DNA of 64,000 nt from an uncultured Flavobacteriaceae bacterium (lineage in GTDB: Bacteria > Bacteroidota > Bacteroidia > Flavobacteriales > Flavobacteriaceae): NCBI GenBank assembly GCA_963975935.1, contig CAXBIQ010000006.1, positions 84,493 to 148,492 on the forward strand, in the 5' to 3' direction. Every line of letters starts with the position of its first letter. Position 1 is the first letter of the stretch. Below, in pieces: positions 57,778-64,000 of this stretch. Below the pieces are notes generated by a model that worked only from the letters and a program-made list of their open reading frames with translations, ran no database searches and was not told the origin of the DNA. The position numbers and the translations under genes were made by a program.

Positions 57778-58465
57778 AATTGATAAATATGCCACGGGTA
57801 GCCATTTTATCAATATCTGAAGTATAGGGACTGTTCGGGTTTTCATCTCTTACCAATTCGTCACTTAATGCAAAGACTCCTCTTATTGAAGGTGTAAACT
57901 TAAAGTAGAAAAGGTAAAAATCAATACCAAATCCCAATTCATAGTAGTAAGTGTTTGTTGTCATCCTGAATCTTCCCGCACTATTGTCTTCAGGATTGCT
58001 TTCATCGCTGGTAAGATTTATGGAAGTAGATACACCTCCCACTAGAAATGGCTTAAAGTTGTTGAGTCGTTTTGTAGAAACTTTCAGTAATAAGGGCACG
58101 TGAATATAGGTGGATTTTACCTCCCTTAAAAAATCCCTCTCTTCAACAAGGTCCGGGTAAATAAGGTTGCGCTCTGTGTAATACAAACCGGGCTCTAACC
58201 TTAGATTAAAGTAATCGTTGAGTCTCAAATCGCCTATAAGTCCCACATTGAAGCCTGTACTGGTTTCAACAACAACATCTGTATCGCCAAACTCGCGATC
58301 ATAATCAAATTTAAAATCATAATTATTGAAGCCTAAAAAATAACCCCAAGTCCAGCGGCGTTTATCAAAGTTTTCAAGATTTGCCAATCGTTCTTTTGAA
58401 AAAAGCTGGGCTTCAGCGGTTTGAACCAAAAAAAGAAGCGCCAGTACCAAGAAAATATTCTTCAT
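57764..58465 (-). CDS. Outer-membrane beta-barrel protein, PorT/SprT-like
   Basis: Signal peptide MKNIFLVLALLFLVQTAEAQ. About 230 aa of alternating beta-strand pattern end in FINFTFQ. Size and position next to ubiE are as I recall for PorT-family genes. Not verified. Confidence 0.5.
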   Translation of the reverse strand: MKNIFLVLALLFLVQTAEAQLFSKERLANLENFDKRRWTWGYFLGFNNYDFKFDYDREFGDTDVVVETSTGFNVGLIGDLRLNDYFNLRLEPGLYYTERNLIYPDLVEERDFLREVKSTYIHVPLLLKVSTKRLNNFKPFLVGGVSTSINLTSDESNPEDNSAGRFRMTTNTYYYELGFGIDFYLFYFKFTPSIRGVFALSDELVRDENPNSPYTSDIDKMATRGIFINFTFQ

Positions 58466-58469
58466 AAAT

Positions 58470-59198
58470 TTATTTTGAAGCTGTATAAATACTTGCAACC
58501 CCAAAGGTTTGCGGTTTATTTTTCACTTCTTTAAACCCGATTTTTCGCAAAATATTGTTGAAGTCTTCCCCATAAGGAAAAACCGATGCGCTTTCACTTA
58601 AATAATTATAGGCAACTTTATCTTTGGAGAACAATTTCCCAACCAGTGGCAATATTGATTTTGAGTAAAAATGGTACCCTTGTTTGAATGGTGCTTTGGT
58701 GGGTACTGAAGTTTCCAAAACAACAAAAATACCACCCGGTTTTAAAACCCTAAGGATTTCAGAAAGGCCTTTATCCAAATCTTCAAAATTGCGCACCCCA
58801 AAAGCAACTGTTATGGCGTCAAAGCTATTGTCATCAAAAGGCATGGCTTCAGAGTCGCCCTGAAGAAATTCAATTTTGTTTGCAATCTCTTTATCAGCTA
58901 CTTTTTTTCGGGCAACGGCGAGCATGCCCTCAGAGAGATCAAATCCCACTATTTTTGGAATGTCAAACTTTGCAAAACTTATAGCCAGGTCTCCCGTTCC
59001 GGTAGCTATGTCCAGAACATTTTCAGGCTTTGTGTTGACCACAATATGAACCACCTTTTTACGCCATTTTTTATCGATACCCAAAGAAATAACCCTGTTT
59101 AAACCATCATAGTTGCCTGAGATGGTATCAAACATTTTTTCAACCTGCTTTTTCTTGTTAAGCTCAGATTCCTTGTAGGGTTTTACTTTGTCGCTCAT
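58470..59198 (-). CDS. ubiE: Demethylmenaquinone/ubiquinone C-methyltransferase
   Basis: SAM-binding motif VLDIATGTGDLA and the conserved YD.MN-type N-terminus (FDTISGNYDGLNRVISLG). Start at the ATG at 59198, supported by a -7 box. Confidence 0.85.
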   Translation of the reverse strand: MSDKVKPYKESELNKKKQVEKMFDTISGNYDGLNRVISLGIDKKWRKKVVHIVVNTKPENVLDIATGTGDLAISFAKFDIPKIVGFDLSEGMLAVARKKVADKEIANKIEFLQGDSEAMPFDDNSFDAITVAFGVRNFEDLDKGLSEILRVLKPGGIFVVLETSVPTKAPFKQGYHFYSKSILPLVGKLFSKDKVAYNYLSESASVFPYGEDFNNILRKIGFKEVKNKPQTFGVASIYTASK

Positions 59199-59212
59199 CG
59201 TTTGATTTTGTG

Positions 59213-59220
59213 CAAAACTA
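59213..59220 (-). promoter_or_regulatory. Candidate -7 promoter box (TAGTTTTG) for ubiE
   Basis: TAnnTTTG on the minus strand 15 nt upstream of the ATG at 59198. Confidence 0.4.
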
Positions 59221-59334
59221 CATAAAAATTTCATTGTATGCTGACTAAACGATATTCAAAATATACTGTTTATACATTGAATACTATTGTTGTAGAAAAT
59301 TTAGGGATGCTCCGCGGGTTGCTTAAATTTATAC

Positions 59335-59342
59335 TAACTTTG
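59335..59342 (+). promoter_or_regulatory. Candidate -7 promoter box (TAACTTTG) for trkA-trkH
   Basis: TAnnTTTG 26 nt upstream of the trkA ATG. Confidence 0.4.
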
Positions 59343-59367
59343 TATATTCATTTTCTTTATAAAAATC

Positions 59368-60717
59368 ATGAAGATAATTATTGCAGGAGCCGGCGAAGTG
59401 GGATTTCATCTGGCAAAACTTTTGTCTTATGAATCTCAGGATATAACATTGATAGATACTGTAAAAGATAACCTTTCTTATGCAGAATCACATCTCGATA
59501 TCAGGGTTTTAAAAGGCGACTGTACTTCAATCGCGGTGTTGAAAGATGCCCGGGTGGAAAATGCAGATATGCTCATTGGGGTTACTTCCAGTGAAACTAC
59601 AAATATCACAGCCTGTTTTATTGCTAAGCAAATGGGAGCGAAAAAAACCATTGCACGTATATCGAATACCGAGTGGATTAAGAACAAGGATGAAATAGGT
59701 TTTTCAGCCTTTGGAATTGACGAGTTGATCTCGCCGGAATCCCTGGCTTCTGCTGAGATTGAGTTATTACTTAATCAAAGCGCCTTTAGCAACACTTACC
59801 AGTTTGAGGACGGTGCTTTGACCATGTTTGGCATCAAGCTTCCCAGAACGGCATCTTTTGTGGGTAAATCTGTTAAAGAAGCAGCAGAAGTTTATCCCGG
59901 CATTGAATTTATTCCCATAGCCATTCAGAGGTTTGGGACACAGTATACCTTAATTCCCAGAGGTGATACCTTATACAAAGAAGGCGATCAGGTGTATTTT
60001 TTAACCACGCACGACGGTGTTGAAGAGGTGTATCACCTTACCGGAAAAATAAGGGAAGATATTAAAGATGTTATGATCCTTGGCGGAAGCAAGATAGGTT
60101 TTAAAACCGCACGTGAACTGTGTAGAAACCATTTCAGGGTTAAACTTATCGAAAGCAACAAGCAAAAAGCTTTTGACCTGGCAGATATACTACCTAATGT
60201 TCTGGTGATCAATACTGACGGAAGGAACGTGGAATTGCTTGAAGAAGAGTCCATACAGGATATGGATGCCTTTATTGCCGTTACCGGAAACAGTGAAACC
60301 AATATTATGTCCTGTCTGGTGGCAAAATCAAAAGGTGTCAAAAAAACCATTGCCCTTGTTGAAAACATGGATTATTTTCAACTGTCACAATCCATTGGAA
60401 TTGACACTTTGATCAATAAAAAACTGCTCGCAGCAAATGATATTTTCAGATACATCAGAAAAGGGGAAGTTGTGGCAATGACAAAGCTCACAAACATGAA
60501 TGCTGAATTGCTTGAGTTTGTGGTATCCTCAAACGCTTTTGTAGTTAATAAAACAATACGCTCACTTGGTTTCACACGATCTGCCATCATTGGAGGTGTT
60601 ATAAGGGATGGTGTGGGACTAATCGCCACACCCGACTTTGTCATAAAAAGCGGTGACCGTGTAGTGGTGGGCTGCTTGCCACATGCTATTAACAAAGTAG
60701 AAAAATACTTTAATTAA
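59368..60717 (+). CDS. trkA: Trk potassium uptake system NAD-binding subunit TrkA
   Basis: Two tandem RCK_N/RCK_C units (IIIAGAGEVG and VMILGGSKIG). Confidence 0.9.
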   Translation: MKIIIAGAGEVGFHLAKLLSYESQDITLIDTVKDNLSYAESHLDIRVLKGDCTSIAVLKDARVENADMLIGVTSSETTNITACFIAKQMGAKKTIARISNTEWIKNKDEIGFSAFGIDELISPESLASAEIELLLNQSAFSNTYQFEDGALTMFGIKLPRTASFVGKSVKEAAEVYPGIEFIPIAIQRFGTQYTLIPRGDTLYKEGDQVYFLTTHDGVEEVYHLTGKIREDIKDVMILGGSKIGFKTARELCRNHFRVKLIESNKQKAFDLADILPNVLVINTDGRNVELLEEESIQDMDAFIAVTGNSETNIMSCLVAKSKGVKKTIALVENMDYFQLSQSIGIDTLINKKLLAANDIFRYIRKGEVVAMTKLTNMNAELLEFVVSSNAFVVNKTIRSLGFTRSAIIGGVIRDGVGLIATPDFVIKSGDRVVVGCLPHAINKVEKYFN

Positions 60718-60718
60718 A

Positions 60719-62224
60719 ATGGCTTACCTCAACAGGATTAATCTAAAAATCATTCTCCATTTTATGGGGTTGCTCCTGTTATTTAACGGCCTGTTTATGC
60801 TAACAGCCTCACTGGTAAGTCTCTATTATAATGATGGAGCTGTTTTTGGGATTACCCAGGCAGGTATTATCACAATCCTCACGGGGCTTATTATTTTCGT
60901 TTTAACCAGAAACCATAAAAAAGAAATCAAAAAAAGGGAAGGGTATATCGTTGTCACTTTTGGTTGGTTGATTATGGCTTTCAGCGGAACATTGCCTTAT
61001 GTATTTAGCGGCGCCATTCCCTCATTTACCAATGCTTTTTTTGAAACCATGAGCGGCTATACCACAACCGGGGCCACTATATTAAACGAGATCGAAATAT
61101 TACCGGAAAGCATCCTCTTTTGGAGGAGTCTCACACACTGGATAGGTGGTATGGGGATTATTGTTTTGGCTATTGCTATCTTGCCACTTTTGGGAATTGG
61201 TGGGATGCAGCTTTTTGCAGCTGAAGCCCCGGGCCCGAGTAATGACAAGTTGCATCCACGCATCACGGATACTGCAAAACGCCTATGGCTTATTTATTTT
61301 GGATATACCCTTATTGAGACGGTTCTCTTAAACCTAGCAGGTATGTCCCTCTTTGATGCGGTAAACCATTCTATGAGCACAATGGCAAGTGGCGGGTTTT
61401 CAACAAAAGATGCCAGTTTGGCTCATTGGAATGACAATCCGTTGATTCAGTATATTGTGATTGCTTTTATGTTTTTGGCAGGCACCAATTTTGTATTGAG
61501 TTACTTTGTCTTCAAAGGGAAGTTTAGTGAAATATTACGGGATGAAGAGTTCAGGTTGTATGGGATTTTCATTCTGGTTTTTTCTGCTTTAGTGGCCGGG
61601 ATTATTTATTTTCAGGGAGATTTATTAGTTTCTGTAATTTCACACCCCATGGTTTTTGGAGAGGCTGAAACAGCAGTGAGGCTTGCTTTTTTTCAGGTTA
61701 TTGCCATCATTACAACTACGGGTTTTGTAGTGTATGACTATACTGCCATCACTCCATTTATGACCATGTTCTTTTTTGGTTTGATGTTTTTGGGAGGTTC
61801 AGCCCGTTCCACTTCTGGAGGGATGAAAATAGTGCGGCATTTGATTATTATTAAAAACGGTATTTTAGAATTTAAACGCTCTTTTCACACCAATGCTATC
61901 CTGCCTGTGCGTTACAATCAAAGAGCTATTCCCCAATCAATTGTTTTTAACGTTACAGCCTTTTTTATTCTTTATATTTTAACTTTTATCATTGGGGTAT
62001 CAGTTTTTGCCTCACTGGGACTGGATTTTCAAACAGCTTTGGGTAGTTCTGCATCCATGCTGGGAAATGTGGGCCCTGCAATAGGTGCTGTGGGTCCTGT
62101 TAATAATTTTGATATTTTACCTGATATTGGCAAATGGTGGTCATCATTCTTGATGCTTGTTGGAAGGCTGGAGTTGTTTACTGTACTTATTTTACTCACT
62201 CCTTTCTTTTGGAGGAATCGTTAA
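60719..62224 (+). CDS. trkH: Trk/Ktr-family potassium transporter membrane subunit TrkH
   Basis: 501-aa polytopic protein with repeated selectivity-filter-like TTTG/SGGF/TTTGF/SGGMK segments. Confidence 0.88.
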   Translation: MAYLNRINLKIILHFMGLLLLFNGLFMLTASLVSLYYNDGAVFGITQAGIITILTGLIIFVLTRNHKKEIKKREGYIVVTFGWLIMAFSGTLPYVFSGAIPSFTNAFFETMSGYTTTGATILNEIEILPESILFWRSLTHWIGGMGIIVLAIAILPLLGIGGMQLFAAEAPGPSNDKLHPRITDTAKRLWLIYFGYTLIETVLLNLAGMSLFDAVNHSMSTMASGGFSTKDASLAHWNDNPLIQYIVIAFMFLAGTNFVLSYFVFKGKFSEILRDEEFRLYGIFILVFSALVAGIIYFQGDLLVSVISHPMVFGEAETAVRLAFFQVIAIITTTGFVVYDYTAITPFMTMFFFGLMFLGGSARSTSGGMKIVRHLIIIKNGILEFKRSFHTNAILPVRYNQRAIPQSIVFNVTAFFILYILTFIIGVSVFASLGLDFQTALGSSASMLGNVGPAIGAVGPVNNFDILPDIGKWWSSFLMLVGRLELFTVLILLTPFFWRNR

Positions 62225-62270
62225 TATTCAGAGTTTTTTTCATCCCGCATCCATCAACCAGCATCTAACA

Positions 62271-63449
62271 TCATTTCACTTTTACCAAACCGGATAAATC
62301 TTTTGCCCTTTGCGTAACCTCCTCGATGGATGTACCTACTTTATCAAAAGTCAAAACCACACCCATTCTGCGATAGGGTCTGGAGGTGGGTTTTCCAAAA
62401 ATCCTAAAATCACTTTTAGGTTCTGAAGCAATTTTTTCGATTCCTTCAAGTTCAGGATTATCTGAATGCTTACCTGCAAGGATTACAGCACTTGCGCCAT
62501 ATCTTTCCAGGGTTATTTCTGAAACGGGAAGCCCTAAAACAGCACGTAAATGCAATTCAAACTCATTGAAATTCTGGGTTCCTGCAAGGGTGACCATGCC
62601 GGTATCATGCGGTCTGGGGGAGAGTTCAGAAAAATAAACCCCGTCATCGCCCACAAAAAACTCGACGCCCCAAATACCTGATCCGCCAAGGGCTTCTGTT
62701 ACTGCTTTTGCCATCTTTTTGGCTGCTTCCAAATGTGTATTTTCCATTGGGGCCGGTTGCCAGCTTTCCTGATAATCACCGCGTTCCTGACGGTGTCCTA
62801 TTGGGGGGCAGAAAAGAGTGTTGCCGTTGTTTTGGGTAAGAGTGAGAAGCGTGATTTCATAGTTAAATTCAACAAAAGCTTCTACAATGACTTCTACCAC
62901 ATCACCACGGGAGCCTTCAATAGCAAAGTTCCATGCTTGACTTATTTGGTCAGTGAGCGGAGTCGAACTGTCGGTTTTGATGGTGCTTTGCCCTTTGCCG
63001 CTGGAAGACATAAGGGGTTTTACAACACAAGGCATGCCCACTTCGGCCACACCTTTGCGTAAGCTTTCCTCAGAGTCAGCATAGCGATAGTTGGCAGTTT
63101 TTAGACCCAGTTCTTTGGCAGCCAGATTGCGAATGGCTTTCCGGTTCATGGTGAAGTTTGCCGCTTTCGCGGAAGGAATCACAGTATAGCCTTGATTTTC
63201 ATAATCGTAAAAACGCTCGGTGCGAATGGCTTCAATTTCAGGGACAATAAAATCAGGTTTGTGTTTGGAAACTATTGCATCCAGAGCATTTCCATCAAGC
63301 ATATTGATGACTTCAAACCCATTTGCAACCTGCATCGCCGGGGCATTTTCATAGCTGTCAACCGCAATAACTGTTTGACCCATGCGTTGTGCCGCAATGG
63401 TAAATTCTTTACCGAGTTCCCCGGAACCGAGAAGTAAAATTTTAGACAT
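62271..63449 (-). CDS. purT: Formate-dependent phosphoribosylglycinamide formyltransferase (GAR transformylase 2)
   Basis: ATP-grasp enzyme of 392 aa. The N-terminus [12 protein letters not shown] and C-terminus RRMGVVL are typical of PurT. Confidence 0.9.
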   Translation of the reverse strand: MSKILLLGSGELGKEFTIAAQRMGQTVIAVDSYENAPAMQVANGFEVINMLDGNALDAIVSKHKPDFIVPEIEAIRTERFYDYENQGYTVIPSAKAANFTMNRKAIRNLAAKELGLKTANYRYADSEESLRKGVAEVGMPCVVKPLMSSSGKGQSTIKTDSSTPLTDQISQAWNFAIEGSRGDVVEVIVEAFVEFNYEITLLTLTQNNGNTLFCPPIGHRQERGDYQESWQPAPMENTHLEAAKKMAKAVTEALGGSGIWGVEFFVGDDGVYFSELSPRPHDTGMVTLAGTQNFNEFELHLRAVLGLPVSEITLERYGASAVILAGKHSDNPELEGIEKIASEPKSDFRIFGKPTSRPYRRMGVVLTFDKVGTSIEEVTQRAKDLSGLVKVK

Positions 63450-63461
63450 TATTAGTACAGG

Positions 63462-64000
63462 TTAAGAAGTCAAAACTTGTTTTATCCTTTTTAATGCTTC
63501 CTTAATTTCATTTTCTGAAGCAGCATACGAAATGCGAATGCAGTTAGGATCTCCAAACGACTCCCCGGAGACAGTTGCTACCAAAGCTTTTTCCAGCAAG
63601 AGCATAGAAAAATCTTCAGCTGTGTTTATTTTTATGCCGTGGATGGTTTTTCCAAAAAAAGAAGACACATCTGGAAATACATAAAAGGCCCCTTCAGGAG
63701 CATTGTTTTTTAAACCGGGTATTTCGGTAAGCAAATCCAGCACCAGTTTTCTCCTTTCTTTAAAGGCGTCAACCATATACTTGATACTATCTGGTGATGC
63801 TTCCAGAGCGGCAATGGTTGCCATTTGAGCAATGGCATTGGCACCGCTGGTGATTTGGCCCTGCATTTTATTGCACGCTCGTGCAACCCAGGAGGGAGCA
63901 CCAATGTATCCTATGCGCCAGCCCGTCATGGCAAATGCTTTTGAGACACCATTTACTACAATGGTCCTTTCATACATATCTTCAAATTGTGCCATGGAAA
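63462..64000 (-). CDS. Class I/II pyridoxal-phosphate aminotransferase (aspartate aminotransferase-like), C-terminal part; 5' end outside window
   Basis: PLP-lysine context VVNGVSKAFAMTGWRIGY. The frame is open to the window edge. Confidence 0.8.
   Translation of the reverse strand, partial: SMAQFEDMYERTIVVNGVSKAFAMTGWRIGYIGAPSWVARACNKMQGQITSGANAIAQMATIAALEASPDSIKYMVDAFKERRKLVLDLLTEIPGLKNNAPEGAFYVFPDVSSFFGKTIHGIKINTAEDFSMLLLEKALVATVSGESFGDPNCIRISYAASENEIKEALKRIKQVLTS

Noticed and set aside
1-64000. CRISPR arrays, rRNA operons, IS elements, restriction-modification or other recognisable defence genes
   Set aside because: None seen. No regularly spaced 25-40-nt repeats, no nuclease, helicase or methylase signatures, and no transposase-like ORFs.

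Overview
This window looks like a chromosomal segment of a Flavobacteriia (Bacteroidota) genome, and most of it is ordinary core genome. The taxonomic call rests on T9SS C-terminal sorting domains, gldB/gldC-like genes next to nadE, a 287-aa sigma-A, TAnnTTTG -7 promoter boxes and a Bacteroidota-type dcw gene order. The centre (16.8-32.2 kb) is a complete division/cell-wall cluster, mraZ-rsmH-ftsL-ftsI-murE-mraY-murD-ftsW-murG-murC-ftsQ-ftsA-ftsZ, with a three-box MraZ operator in front. Flanking housekeeping genes are rlmN, a polyprenyl synthase, dnaG, nadE, engB, rpe, rpoD, pnp, rpsO, accD, fba, ubiE, trkAH and purT. There are also two paralogous ECF sigma/anti-sigma modules. The only accessory-looking stretch is about 32.8-45.3 kb. 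It contains an atypical tRNA-Arg(UCG)-like gene with a truncated upstream copy and duplicated terminator modules. Next comes a visibly AT-richer TonB-receptor/DUF4249/secreted-protein operon and an ~0.85-kb non-coding region with an orphan terminator and short repeats. The stretch ends with an AraC regulator, a small protein/MtfA-like peptidase pair, an APC permease and a stand-alone eRF1-like (baeRF-type) protein that keeps a GGQ motif. I saw no CRISPR array, integrase, transposase, rRNA or recognisable defence or toxin genes. I found no convincing multi-gene novel system. The items most worth a second look are the GGQ-bearing release-factor-like orphan, the non-canonical tRNA locus, loss of all zinc ligands in both DnaG and AccD, the vWA-type anti-sigma factor and its shared ECF promoter motif, and the candidate sRNA region near 39.4 kb. 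All functional calls come from motif and pattern recognition by eye. No similarity search was run.
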